Positions 19,474 to 30,513 of a stretch of 64,000 nucleotides of DNA are shown here, piece by piece. The notes beneath the pieces were generated by a model. The model made no database searches and was not told the origin of the DNA. It was given only the letters and a program-made list of their open reading frames with translations. Made by a program: the position numbers and the translations under genes. Positions within the stretch are counted from its first letter, which is position 1, and the number at the start of each line of letters is the position of its first letter. The stretch comes from Stramenopiles sp. TOSAG23-6 (Eukaryota), in assembly GCA_900128565.1 (NCBI GenBank), contig LT635915.1, positions 1 through 64,000 of the forward strand. The letters run 5' to 3'.

Positions 19474-21849
19474 ATGGGCAATGCAAATTTGAAGACTTTA
19501 GCAGGAGTTTATGATGCTGTATACGTTCGTGGCGACGATGGCCTTGGTAAATGGAGTACTGCAATGCATATTCAACTCCAAATCGCTCAAAATGGTACCT
19601 TTGTATATATAGAAAATGGTTTTGCTAATGACCCACGTGATAGCTTTGACACTGATCTAAGAAAGACCTCTAAAGTTGACGCAACGGATGCAACCCCTTC
19701 TAAAGTTTTGAAAGTTACAGAAATATTGACAGTTGGAATGTATGTTACAAGTTTGGTTGGTACGGGAAAAATTGTGGATATTCGCAACTCTGAAGATGGT
19801 GAAATCGTTGTGGTCCAACTTTCATTTGGGCTAGGTTTTTTCCAGCGCTCTTGTGTAAAAGTGATTCAGCCGTTATCGAATAATACAGACGATATTTCTG
19901 AGATAACTTCTACTGTTGAAACTACTATTGAATCAAATGATGGTGTAAAACTAATGTCAGCGGGTAAGTTTGCTGGAATATCAGATAGAATTCGTGTACT
20001 TGTTTCAGTTAGAGAAGGTGTAGCTGAAATACAAAGAAAAGGCGAATCATTCACAAAGTTAGGACTTGACTGTAATTTGGAAGCAGAAAAAGTTATGGAA
20101 CTTAGATGGCATGATATACCACCATTTGCTGGCGTAATACAGGAATCTGTTTGTGCTTTGAACCCCCCATTTAAAATAAATATACGTGTTGTCAATAAAG
20201 GTACTTCTCTTACGTACAGAAAAGGAAGACTAGCTGTCAAACTTTATAAAACTGGTACAGCTAAATGGGAGACAGAGGTGCAACCTCTATGGAACAAACT
20301 ACAACAGCTTACCGCGACACCTTTGCAGCGTGTTCCAATACCGATTGAGAAGCAATTAACGCTTCCAGGCGCTATTGACCACTATAAAAAATTGATTAAT
20401 TCAATGACAATGTATGATCCGTCGGTACAAGACAACATTGGCCTATTGCGGCAACAACGATCTCTTGAAAGAGACATGGAAATATCTGGTGCACCAGAGA
20501 ATGATATGGAAGACTTAGAAGGTTCTCCATCCAGTAATCTTTTAATTAAGAACCTTGACAAAGGTGGTGAACTGACTTCAGTTGAGGAACTGTGTATCGG
20601 ATTAAATGCATTACCAACAGGTCAGCGCGATACACCTCTTCCTCCTATAACGAGACCGGCACCAGTTAAAAGAGTAGGTATACTAACCTCCAAGAAGATG
20701 GTTGGCGATAGGCTGCTTTTGAACAGTAGAAAGCAACGTAGTAAAAAACGTGCTAAAGATGCTTTAAAAAATGAGAGCCTAGGTAATGTAGTATTACAGG
20801 CTCCACCTAGTTCCTTTGATAGTGTAGGATGGAATTGGAGTTCAAGTGCTATGTCAAGCCCCAAAAATGACACATCTAAAATTGAGTCCCCGATCAATAG
20901 CAACCCATTTGAATTTAATAGTAACACAAACAAAGTCACAAAAACGGATTACACAAATCAACTGAAATCCCCAAATGATGAAACTATCTTTGACGAAACC
21001 AAAAGAAGGTGCAAGACTTTCAAACAGGAACTCCCCGAAGAGAATACTTCCTTGATAGCGAGATCACACGAAGACGCTGAACGAGTCGCCATTGAAGCAG
21101 AAGAAGCTGGAATCAAAGCTTCACATGTTATAACAATGTCGAGTGTATTCACGGATGCTTATAAGGGTATGATTGGTAGAGCTGACGATGTTGTAGGTGT
21201 TTTATCAGGTGTAGCATTTTCGGCTGAGGCTCTTGTAGGATTAAAAAGTAGCAAAAATAGTTTGGAAGAAAATATGAAACAAACCAAAGATGTTAATAAT
21301 AAGGAAAATGCAGACGTAGTTATGACTGTCGAAACTCCCGTACATCCTATTTCGAATAAGCATCTTTCGGAAGACGGTCAAAATATATTCAACAACGAAA
21401 AAAATACAATTTTTGTTGGCGAAAAGTTGGAAGAACTTGTAGAATTAGAAGATACGTGGAAGATGATACTCTCAGAGGAAGAGCGGATTGTCTTCGATAA
21501 CAAAAGGACGGTTCTTCTTCAAGCTTTTGCTGGATGCGGAAATCTTGATAATGCCGAAGTTGCTTTGCCAATTATTGTTGCAGCTTTTCGTTCATTATCT
21601 GCTAGTTTTTTTGGTTATAGTGAGAAGGAAAATATTGATAAAACTGGAAGTGCTGTGTTGACACATGATGAAGGCGAGGTCGCTGAATCATGTCGTTCAT
21701 GGTGGACCGTTGAGTGTATCCATGATATTATTAATGGTGATACCATTCGCGAAGTAGACGCTTGGCACTGGATTAGAGCTGTATATATTCATTGGCGAAG
21801 TGCAGGTTTTTATGCAGACTTCAGCGTACCTCCTTTTTCCGAAAGATAA
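19474..21849 (+). CDS. Hypothetical protein (possible small SH3/KOW-like barrel near the N-terminus)
   Basis: 791-aa ATG-initiated ORF. The segment VGMYVTSLVGTGKIVDIR...VVVQLSFGLGF resembles a small beta-barrel; no family recognised. Confidence 0.75.
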   Translation: MGNANLKTLAGVYDAVYVRGDDGLGKWSTAMHIQLQIAQNGTFVYIENGFANDPRDSFDTDLRKTSKVDATDATPSKVLKVTEILTVGMYVTSLVGTGKIVDIRNSEDGEIVVVQLSFGLGFFQRSCVKVIQPLSNNTDDISEITSTVETTIESNDGVKLMSAGKFAGISDRIRVLVSVREGVAEIQRKGESFTKLGLDCNLEAEKVMELRWHDIPPFAGVIQESVCALNPPFKINIRVVNKGTSLTYRKGRLAVKLYKTGTAKWETEVQPLWNKLQQLTATPLQRVPIPIEKQLTLPGAIDHYKKLINSMTMYDPSVQDNIGLLRQQRSLERDMEISGAPENDMEDLEGSPSSNLLIKNLDKGGELTSVEELCIGLNALPTGQRDTPLPPITRPAPVKRVGILTSKKMVGDRLLLNSRKQRSKKRAKDALKNESLGNVVLQAPPSSFDSVGWNWSSSAMSSPKNDTSKIESPINSNPFEFNSNTNKVTKTDYTNQLKSPNDETIFDETKRRCKTFKQELPEENTSLIARSHEDAERVAIEAEEAGIKASHVITMSSVFTDAYKGMIGRADDVVGVLSGVAFSAEALVGLKSSKNSLEENMKQTKDVNNKENADVVMTVETPVHPISNKHLSEDGQNIFNNEKNTIFVGEKLEELVELEDTWKMILSEEERIVFDNKRTVLLQAFAGCGNLDNAEVALPIIVAAFRSLSASFFGYSEKENIDKTGSAVLTHDEGEVAESCRSWWTVECIHDIINGDTIREVDAWHWIRAVYIHWRSAGFYADFSVPPFSER

Positions 21850-21933
21850 GAAATTCTGTATGCGTACTAGGGTATTCACAACTATAACTATTTTTTATAA
21901 ATATCAATAAATTAAATTAACGACAGCATTTTT

Positions 21934-24900
21934 TCAAAACTTTGATTGAGTATGTGATACGAAGTTACATTTACAACGAACTTTTCCGCATAGTAAACAC
22001 ATTGGTTGTTTTTTACGAGCAGCTCCTTCGTGAAGCTTTAGAGACCATGCGTGTACTCCGTGATTCAAGGTTTCTTTCATGACCTGATCTGTCCGATTAA
22101 ATTCTTCCCTCCATTTTGGATTTTTCTCTCCTCGCTGTAACTTAAGTTTCCAATTCAAAGCTTGTTTTCGTGCGGACATTAGCTTTTGCCACCTTTCTAA
22201 AATCATTTTCCTTGCAATTATATCCTTCGTAGAAACCGACGGCATTTTGATATCCGGATCTCGATTTGGTGATGGTTTGATATACTTCCCAAGTTTAGTT
22301 AGATGACGTTTAATTGTTGCTTTTCGTAGATCTTGGTCTTGTACACCCCATCTTACTTGCTGTGTTCGAACACGTCGGTCCCATTCTTGGCTAACCCTAT
22401 ATTCTACCTTTGTTATCTCTGATAAGCGAAGCATTTCTGTCTCACGAACATATTGCATTTCACATTCATCTAAGTCCATTTCCAATTCTTCTACCTGCAG
22501 CATCCATATTTCAATTTGCTCTTCGAAATTTCTAAGCTGAAATCTTTTACTTAGTAACTCTTCTGCACTCATCGCAGCGCGGTTCTGGAGTTGTTCCCAC
22601 TCACGCTCAAGTGCTTCCATCCAGCCTCGCTCAATATCTTCGTCTGTTAACTTGTCAATTTCATCTTCAACATCAGGTATCCTCTGCTGCATAGTTCTTC
22701 TGTGTTTCCGAAGACTTGATATTTGCCGCTCCACACGTCGTTTTACACGTCGAGCATACTTCAGGTCTTCTTGAAGATCAACACATTCATCCCTTATTTC
22801 TTGACCATCTTCTGTACATTCACGCAAGACACGCAAACCCCATTTTCGTTCTTGCAGAAACCTCTTTTCCTTTACCGCTCTTCTGGCGTACATACACCTT
22901 ATGCCACGTTGAAGTGTCATTGCAGCTTGTGATGCTAGACCTCTCGATACACGTATTTTAACGAAGAAATCACGCCGAGCAACCCATCCGCGATATAGAG
23001 CTTGTAGCGAAGCTGCAGCAAGACCCTTGTGTTGTAATGCCATCTTTTCCCATAGTTTAATCATGGTACGTTTTGCGAGAATCTGGCGCCATAAACCTTG
23101 CATCTTTGTTGCAGCGATGTTCTTATGGATGGTGTCACGAATTATTTTTCGAGTTAAATAACTACGGTACTTCGCTTGAACATGTAAAACTGCCGGAAGC
23201 ACAACATGATGGTGCCGTCGATATTGATATCGCTGGAATCGTAGGCATTTTGCAATATAACATCTTGCCATAGCTTGAAGCCGTGTTGCTGTTACTTCTT
23301 CCAGCTGTTTACGGCGTACTTTCCGTGCTTTCCTTCTGCCTAAGTACCCATTAAACAATCTTGATATCAATGAAGCATTTTTTGCCACACACTTCAACAT
23401 CGCTATTCTTTTTCGACCAAGGTAACTTCTATAAACTTTTTGAAGTAACTTAATTGCAGGCATTTCTTTTTTGCAATGATAAGCTTGCTTTGCCATTCTT
23501 TTCAAAGCTATCCAACCCAAATAGCTTCTCCATGCCTTCTGTATGATACACACTGAAGGGTATATAAAGACGTCAAAATATCGTCTGGCTATAACACGCT
23601 TAGTTTCATTTCTACCGCGATATCCACGCACGTATCTTTGAATTGTACGCGCAGCACGACCATAAATTTTCTCTCTTTCTAACCATTTCCGTGTTAATCT
23701 ACCTCGTATCATAGGCTGAATGAAGAGAACTGCCTTAAAAAATGCCAGTAATAGTGCCTTTGCTTGTTTCCTACTTTGCTTCGAACGATATGTTGACGAA
23801 AACATCACTGCAGCTTTAATCTTTAGGTATCGATAGTGCTTGAAAAAAACTCGAGCTTTATATGCTCGATATACTCTTTGTATTGTGAGGGTATGTCTAT
23901 TCCTTACAAGCCATTTTCGGACTTGCACGTGTGACTGCCGTCGTCTAAATAAATGTTGAAGTGATTTTGCTGCTAAAATGTACTGTCTGTCACTCTTGGA
24001 CATATTTTCATACTCGTTAATGGCGTTTCTACCTCGTGTAGTATTTTCATTGCTTGTAGTTGGTCTTTTAGCCTCAAAGATTGATTGTGCTTTCTTCACC
24101 CGACGAGACTTGTGCAAAAGTATTTTTTGTTGCTTTAGTTGTTTGGAAATGAGATCTTTAGCAACTTTACTCAAGCTATGATAAAAGACACCTACTTTTG
24201 AATTTTCACTATTATTTTCACTGTTTGTTACTGTTGATCCATGACGCGATATTTGCTTATATAGTTGTGACGATGTCGCGGAGCCGGAACGAGATGATAC
24301 TTCCCGGGTTAATTCCTCTTGAACTTCTATTTTTCTAAGAGCTTCCGGGTCCATTAGAGCAAGAAGTTCTTTTTTCCCTATTTTCCCCTTGACACTTTCA
24401 AGTTTTCCTTCTTCTAAGTGACTTTTTCCGAGGTGATGCTCGATTAAATTTCCATATTTACGTGGTTTCCACTCTGCCTTAGTCTGAAGTTTCAAGCTCA
24501 AAGTGAACCCAAAATTCCTAAAGTGAGGCAGATTTCGAACATTACTACCTACAATTCCAAATTTTCTCCAACTAGAGCACTGAAGCATTGATAAATCTTG
24601 GTGCGTAACTTTTATTTTTTTATTTTTCATAGGTTTTGGTTTTCTAGGATACGCTTTAACTTTCCAAACTTGCTTCATAAGTTCATTAAACACGATTTCA
24701 CATCGATCATAATAGTTTCTATATGAAAAGAAATCGCTCACAAGGTGAATATTAAAGGCTGTGGCTTTATGGTAAACTGGATCTGAATCTTGCGGTGGCT
24801 TATCTCGAGCTTTTGCAGCTTTTTCGCATGCACGATAACATTCTACTTCTGAAGTATAACTTCCGACAAATCGCTCAACAAACTCACCGCCTGAGTTAGG

Positions 24901-25686
24901 GCAACTCCATATTCGCCCTTCCCATCGTTGCGTAGTTTTGTTCTGTATTACTCCTCTATATCTCATTTTGTTATTCCCAATCCGCGATCTGTTCATTTCA
25001 TAATAACTTTGATTTTCTACTTTAATATACTCAATTTGTGGAATCACATTTGTTATCGTATTTTCTATTTCTTTCCGCAAATCTATTAGAAGTCTTCCAG
25101 TTTTACTTCTTCTTACATTGAAGCTATATGGATGATTTTTTAGTACTTTGATTTGTGCATTGTCTATTAGAGTTTTCGTATCATTTTTTGATAGCCTATT
25201 GGTATTATGGTTAGTTGTTCCTTTACTTTCACTTAGGGTTAGGGTTGTTCCTTTACTTTCACTTACACCATCACTAATATCTAATATCACTTCTGAACTT
25301 CTACTTTCATTAATATGATGTTTAAATAACATATCCCATGGAAGCGGTGTTTTCCTCAGGTGTTCTAGTGTCTGTTCTCTTGTTTCAAAGGCTAAGTCTA
25401 CATTATTGAGAGCAACAAGCCAATCACCGATAATAAGTCTATCACTAGCTTCTACAACACCTTTACCCATTGCAACGGGTAGCCATTTACCTATACAAAG
25501 TGTGGAGAATTGATCGGACCAGTCAAATGCAACACCAATAGGAAAACTCTGAGCCCTAATTAATACGTCGTGTAGTTGGGTTGACATAGGTGGTTTCTGG
25601 CCTGGGTACATTTGTTCCATTCCGTTGTTATCTGTGGTTGTTTTTTTGTGCGTCTCTGTGTCTGAAGTGTCAATTGATCTATTCAT
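21934..25686 (-). CDS. PDZ-like + AP2/ERF-like domain + multiple IQ motifs + coiled-coil protein
   Basis: LIIGDWLVALNNVDL (PDZ); RYRGV.Q...QRWEGRIW...FVGSYTSEVECYRACEKAA (AP2); many IQxxxRGxxxR repeats (e.g. IQRYVRGYRGR, LQALYRGWVARR); acidic heptad region. Confidence 0.75.
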   Translation of the reverse strand: MNRSIDTSDTETHKKTTTDNNGMEQMYPGQKPPMSTQLHDVLIRAQSFPIGVAFDWSDQFSTLCIGKWLPVAMGKGVVEASDRLIIGDWLVALNNVDLAFETREQTLEHLRKTPLPWDMLFKHHINESRSSEVILDISDGVSESKGTTLTLSESKGTTNHNTNRLSKNDTKTLIDNAQIKVLKNHPYSFNVRRSKTGRLLIDLRKEIENTITNVIPQIEYIKVENQSYYEMNRSRIGNNKMRYRGVIQNKTTQRWEGRIWSCPNSGGEFVERFVGSYTSEVECYRACEKAAKARDKPPQDSDPVYHKATAFNIHLVSDFFSYRNYYDRCEIVFNELMKQVWKVKAYPRKPKPMKNKKIKVTHQDLSMLQCSSWRKFGIVGSNVRNLPHFRNFGFTLSLKLQTKAEWKPRKYGNLIEHHLGKSHLEEGKLESVKGKIGKKELLALMDPEALRKIEVQEELTREVSSRSGSATSSQLYKQISRHGSTVTNSENNSENSKVGVFYHSLSKVAKDLISKQLKQQKILLHKSRRVKKAQSIFEAKRPTTSNENTTRGRNAINEYENMSKSDRQYILAAKSLQHLFRRRQSHVQVRKWLVRNRHTLTIQRVYRAYKARVFFKHYRYLKIKAAVMFSSTYRSKQSRKQAKALLLAFFKAVLFIQPMIRGRLTRKWLEREKIYGRAARTIQRYVRGYRGRNETKRVIARRYFDVFIYPSVCIIQKAWRSYLGWIALKRMAKQAYHCKKEMPAIKLLQKVYRSYLGRKRIAMLKCVAKNASLISRLFNGYLGRRKARKVRRKQLEEVTATRLQAMARCYIAKCLRFQRYQYRRHHHVVLPAVLHVQAKYRSYLTRKIIRDTIHKNIAATKMQGLWRQILAKRTMIKLWEKMALQHKGLAAASLQALYRGWVARRDFFVKIRVSRGLASQAAMTLQRGIRCMYARRAVKEKRFLQERKWGLRVLRECTEDGQEIRDECVDLQEDLKYARRVKRRVERQISSLRKHRRTMQQRIPDVEDEIDKLTDEDIERGWMEALEREWEQLQNRAAMSAEELLSKRFQLRNFEEQIEIWMLQVEELEMDLDECEMQYVRETEMLRLSEITKVEYRVSQEWDRRVRTQQVRWGVQDQDLRKATIKRHLTKLGKYIKPSPNRDPDIKMPSVSTKDIIARKMILERWQKLMSARKQALNWKLKLQRGEKNPKWREEFNRTDQVMKETLNHGVHAWSLKLHEGAARKKQPMCLLCGKVRCKCNFVSHTQSKF

Positions 25687-26142
25687 AATTTGTGAAAGAT
25701 TCTTGATTGAATCACTTAGGCTCAGTATGTTGATGTCAACAGTTGCTCATGTGGTCAAATAAATTCGTGATAGAAATGCATTTCTTTTGCAGCAAAACTA
25801 ATTTTAAACTACAAAGAAGTAGTTTAGTGTAATTTGTAGTGAACACGACAGTTACGCACTCAATGGAAAACACGAAATCGGGATGATTTTTGACACGTGT
25901 GAGAATTATAAAAGAGTTGTTGTGAGGTACCTGTACTAGTAGTACTAATATTATGTGTATTGCTGTGGTTTTATCTGAAACATATTGCATTTACGTAAAT
26001 GCTGCATTATGCGACACTAGGAATTAGTATACATGTCAACCATTTATACAGAGTTATGTTAGTTTGTCTTTAAAATCGCTGCAGTTGTCTCTATATTATT
26101 TTAGTCGAGGGGTTAGTCTCAAAAGGACTGCAACTGAACTAA

Positions 26143-28221
26143 ATGTTTCGACATATTCAGGTTAATTGTCTTCGAAGAAGCTTTCATGTTGCACCTTTTT
26201 TCCATCCACAAATGCGATATTCTGTGATGAATAATAATAGATTGCTTTATAGAATGATCAGTATGAATACACTTAGTAAGTTGGAGTTTTTATATATGGT
26301 CTCGCGCAACTCGTCTCATAAAGTTCATTTTCCGAGAAAACTTACTTTTGCCCTCCAACCTTCCAAAACATCATCTATATTAGAAAATAAGACAAATCGA
26401 TTCATCAATACAATATCTAGTCGTAGATGGGATAGACAGAAATTACTGAATGAATCAAAAGATAAACGGAAACATAGTAGTAGTGAATGTACTAAAGAAA
26501 TCACTCAAAAGCCTGAAAGCTCTACACCACTGAGTATGGCACGCTGCAGCGCTCTCCGACGTTACTTAGATGAAGGAGACGAAGACGGTGTTGCACGTGC
26601 GTACAATTTGTTTGATCGTCTTCTTGCTGCTGATGAAGCTAATGTCTATCAATGTAATGAAATTGTAAGATATTATCGCTGGAGTCCAGAAGCAATTAAC
26701 GAAGTGTTGTGCTTAATGAAGTGTAAGAATATTTTTCCAAATGTTGCTACATATACAATGCTTATGCAATCGTTTATTAGAGTAGGTAACTACAAAGAAG
26801 CAAATACAGTGTTGAATGTTATGAAGCATAATAATATGTCAGAACACGAAATATTGACAACNGAGATTTTATCAAAACGAGCGTATGGTTCACAAAATAG
26901 TTATTCCGTTCTTCATACACTGCTGCAGAGGTTTGATAGAGATAGTAAATTACATGCAAATATATTTTTCATGTGTCTTTTACAAAATGGTCTATTACAT
27001 TCTTCTCATGTTGAACTAATGTTTTCTAAATGCATGAGTGTAGAAGAAATAATTACTAGAATTGAACAGATAAAAAATGCAAATGAAACTGCCGTGTTGA
27101 ATACAGAGTGTTACAATATACTTATCACGAAATATCAGCTCTTAGGACAATATAGTAAAGCAAAAAGTGTAGTAAATAATGAAATGTATGCTTTAGGAAT
27201 CCTACCGAATGATGCCACATATAAATCATTAAAAAGAAAAAAAGGTGTTTTGTCGCAACTTCGTATAGTAGAGCTTAGTCGATTGTGTGATCCACGACTT
27301 GATAATATTGCTATAGATGAAGCAATGAGACTTTTTGCTGCTTTATTTGTTTTAGATGAAACATGTGAACAATTGAACCAACATATGGCTACTTTATGTA
27401 GTACGTGTACGTTGACTGAAGCATTAATTCGAGAAATTATACTTGCTGCAAATAATATTGGGTCATCTCCAAGTCTAGATAAATTTAGTGAATTTAGAGA
27501 TCAAATAGTAAAGTGTGGGAATGTTGATGCTGTACAGTCATTTGATAATGTTATAGATACGGGAAATATTAATCATTTGAAACTGCAATATAATGAATGT
27601 ACAATACAACATTCATTTGAAACGCCGATAGCAATAGCTGATTATCCTTATAATTCTTTACGTAATATAATTAATGATGTCCATGCGACTCAATATAAAT
27701 ATTTGTGTATTGATAAATGTAAACTAAATAGTAGGAATATCATGAACAATAATAATACAAACAAAATTAATAGTAAAACCATTAAAAATAGAAAGAGTAG
27801 AAAAACCATAAAAAATAGTAAGAGTAGAAAAACAAGTAAACACCAAACAGAAACAAATACTAACACTTTGAATCAAGGTAATTATATGACACATGTAATC
27901 AACAAAAGTAGCAAATCAAGTGATACGGTGAAACAAATGCGTCAAAGACATGAAAATATTGAAAATAATATTAATTTGAAGTATACAAATACCGTTAGCA
28001 AATATAATACACCATTGAAAACTAAATCTGGTTTCTATACAAAAGAGAATTCAGACACCAAGAAAACATTGATCAAAGTATTAAATAAAAATAAAGCATT
28101 AATGCGTCGATTATCATATGTGGAGAGACAACGAAAACGACATGCAGCATGGGTGAAACAATCTCGTTCTAAACGTAGATACTACCACAGACATAGTCAA
28201 CAACATAAGAATAAAGTATGA
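26143..28221 (+). CDS. Pentatricopeptide-repeat (PPR) protein, probably mitochondrial
   Basis: PNVATYTMLMQSFIRVGNYKEANTVLNVM and NTECYNILITKY..LG...KAK.V..EM...GILPNDATY; Arg-rich N-terminus lacking acidic residues. Confidence 0.78.
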   Translation: MFRHIQVNCLRRSFHVAPFFHPQMRYSVMNNNRLLYRMISMNTLSKLEFLYMVSRNSSHKVHFPRKLTFALQPSKTSSILENKTNRFINTISSRRWDRQKLLNESKDKRKHSSSECTKEITQKPESSTPLSMARCSALRRYLDEGDEDGVARAYNLFDRLLAADEANVYQCNEIVRYYRWSPEAINEVLCLMKCKNIFPNVATYTMLMQSFIRVGNYKEANTVLNVMKHNNMSEHEILTXEILSKRAYGSQNSYSVLHTLLQRFDRDSKLHANIFFMCLLQNGLLHSSHVELMFSKCMSVEEIITRIEQIKNANETAVLNTECYNILITKYQLLGQYSKAKSVVNNEMYALGILPNDATYKSLKRKKGVLSQLRIVELSRLCDPRLDNIAIDEAMRLFAALFVLDETCEQLNQHMATLCSTCTLTEALIREIILAANNIGSSPSLDKFSEFRDQIVKCGNVDAVQSFDNVIDTGNINHLKLQYNECTIQHSFETPIAIADYPYNSLRNIINDVHATQYKYLCIDKCKLNSRNIMNNNNTNKINSKTIKNRKSRKTIKNSKSRKTSKHQTETNTNTLNQGNYMTHVINKSSKSSDTVKQMRQRHENIENNINLKYTNTVSKYNTPLKTKSGFYTKENSDTKKTLIKVLNKNKALMRRLSYVERQRKRHAAWVKQSRSKRRYYHRHSQQHKNKV

Positions 28222-28316
28222 TATTGCAAACTCTGTGATTTAATTATAATAATAAATCTAAATTTTCATAGATTAGAAAAAAATGTAGGATTTAACTTTT
28301 CTATGTTGATATTTTT

Positions 28317-29654
28317 TCAAGAAATCAATGCTTTAGTTTCATCCTCCAGATACATTGCAGAATTTAATGGCGCGAGTGTTGACATTTCAACTACTGGAAT
28401 ACTTTGATCCATATCACAATCAATACTTTGACGCATTCGTGCAATCACTGGATAAACCTCTGTAACGATAGAATGCTTTGGAAAAGCGGTGATTGTTGGA
28501 AGCTCCTCATTTTTCACAGTGGCTTCTTCTTGAACTAATTCAACAACACTTTGTTTTTCATCTTGTGGGATAATTTGTAATTTCCTCGAGTTAAATTGCG
28601 TTGTAAACCAATTTTCAATACGCTTATCCAAAGCATAAACAAATACACCTAAACAAACTCCAATTGTACCAATTACTTTAACAGGATTCATGCATTGAGC
28701 TTTATCATGAGAGCAGAATATGAAGTGACTGAACACAAATACAGCTGTGGCTTGTAATGCTTTGTTAATACCCGAACTAACAGCAGCGACTTTACCAAAG
28801 GATACAACATAATAAAAACCAATTTGATGAAGTCCATCAACAATTAAAATGATTAGAAATAATCCAATCGAATATAATGGAGATGCCTTTGTTTCACCTA
28901 AAGTGTCTTCCACAGCTTTCATAGGCTCAGTGACAAAATTCCTCCAATTTGGAAGTGCAACAAGTGCCAAATATACTAAGCATACGACAGATTCCATAAG
29001 ACTCACAACAAGTAACATACATGTTTGCGATAATACTGGTTTTTTATCTATTTTGGAACTAACAAGGGTGGAATTTGGGTCTCTCATGAATTCTGCGCTA
29101 AGTAAACTGTACATAGTACCATATGAACATGTTGCACCGATAGCAAATGCTATTCCAGTTGTAGTACGATTTCCTTTGCCCTNCTCATCATCACCTAATT
29201 GCCCCAGTGCTGACAACGCAACACAAAATGTTATCAGGATAAGGGCGATCCAACGAAGCCTTGAAACATCATATCCTAAGTAATATTTATTCAAAATTGC
29301 AATATATACTACTATTACGGAGTAAATAACGATGAAGATGCCAGAACCAATTAGTGCAACACTTACTTGAGTACAAACTGCACCAAGCATATCTAGCAGT
29401 GCAAAGTGCCAAAAACTTTTTAAAAGAACCTTAAAACCATATTGTTGGATTGTATCGAGATTCCCTTTAATGAAAATAGTGCACAGTACACTGCCTAGTG
29501 GTACAGCGGCTGCCAAAAGATTATTTTCAGATCGTTTTCCAAAACCAGTTTCATCGAGCTCATAAGAGATAAGTAACTGAACAACACCAGTCCAGAGAAA
29601 TGTGAAATTACTCCATAATAGAGTCCCGCGTGGAATTACTTTATCCCTCGACAT
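28317..29654 (-). CDS. Drug/metabolite transporter (DMT; SLC35/CRT-like) membrane protein
   Basis: About 10 hydrophobic helices; patterns IGSGIFIVIYS.IVVY.AIL...L...VS..RW.AL and VF.FSH.IFC....QC...K..G. Confidence 0.8.
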   Translation of the reverse strand: MSRDKVIPRGTLLWSNFTFLWTGVVQLLISYELDETGFGKRSENNLLAAAVPLGSVLCTIFIKGNLDTIQQYGFKVLLKSFWHFALLDMLGAVCTQVSVALIGSGIFIVIYSVIVVYIAILNKYYLGYDVSRLRWIALILITFCVALSALGQLGDDEXGKGNRTTTGIAFAIGATCSYGTMYSLLSAEFMRDPNSTLVSSKIDKKPVLSQTCMLLVVSLMESVVCLVYLALVALPNWRNFVTEPMKAVEDTLGETKASPLYSIGLFLIILIVDGLHQIGFYYVVSFGKVAAVSSGINKALQATAVFVFSHFIFCSHDKAQCMNPVKVIGTIGVCLGVFVYALDKRIENWFTTQFNSRKLQIIPQDEKQSVVELVQEEATVKNEELPTITAFPKHSIVTEVYPVIARMRQSIDCDMDQSIPVVEMSTLAPLNSAMYLEDETKALIS

Positions 29655-29904
29655 TTTGAAATGATTAAGCTTTTTTTCAAAGGTTTAAGTTTTGAAGAGT
29701 CTAATGATATATTAGCAAGTTACCTCGCAGAGGAGAGAGAAGAATGTCATTTAATTCTCATTCATTTTTACTATTTTGATGGCCAATCAGATTCTGATTG
29801 CTTGCATTGCCACGTGTCACTGTCACACACACATTGGCCGCCATTTTTTCTACACTTCCCAGTAGCTAATAGACCATTTTTCACTACTATATTGATTTTA
29901 TAAC

Positions 29905-30303
29905 ATGGACCGCATTGCTGCTACTGATTCAGAACAAATAAACACACCGGTGCGAGAGATAGATCAAAAGGCAATCAATGAGTTTTCTAGAAACAATTCG
30001 AGGTTGAGTGATTTACAAGCAGACACAAAAGAGAAGAAACAGTTACTCGAGACCCTGAGTGATGCACAGGATGAGATTGCTCTTGTTGACGATGACGGCG
30101 AATCTATCAAACTAAAATTGGGTGATTCATACATTAATGTTGATGAAGATGCGGCAGATGAGGTACTCTCCAAGCGTATCGATGATTTACAGTCATCTTT
30201 AGACGATTCTAGTGAAGAGATTTCTGCACTGCAGAAGCGCCAGGCGGTTCTAAAAAAACAACTTTATGCTAGATTTGGTACTGCGATCAATCTTGAGAAG
30301 TAA
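29905..30303 (+). CDS. PFDN4: Prefoldin subunit 4
   Basis: DQKAINEFSR.N...L.DA..EI.L.DD...LGDS...LK..LYARFG.AINLE. Confidence 0.93.
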   Translation: MDRIAATDSEQINTPVREIDQKAINEFSRNNSRLSDLQADTKEKKQLLETLSDAQDEIALVDDDGESIKLKLGDSYINVDEDAADEVLSKRIDDLQSSLDDSSEEISALQKRQAVLKKQLYARFGTAINLEK

Positions 30304-30513
30304 TGAGGAATCCCTTTGACACAAAGGATTGCAGTGCATACGCGAAGTAATTTACATTATTATATTTGTTGGAAATTGACTCTTATTGTTGCTCTCTTTT
30401 TATGTGCTTATGATATAAATATTTTCTTGAACGATTCTACAATTTATTTATATCTCAAGTGTTTACAAAGTTTCTTTCGAAAAAATTATGGCCAGTGAGT
30501 TACATGCAAATTC

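Noticed and set aside
25233-25246. ttagggttagggtt telomere-like sequence
   Set aside because: Only two units, lying inside a CDS as part of a local duplication.
29837-29847. YY1-like site gccgccatttt upstream of prefoldin 4
   Set aside because: Single occurrence, and no evidence of a YY1-type factor in this organism.
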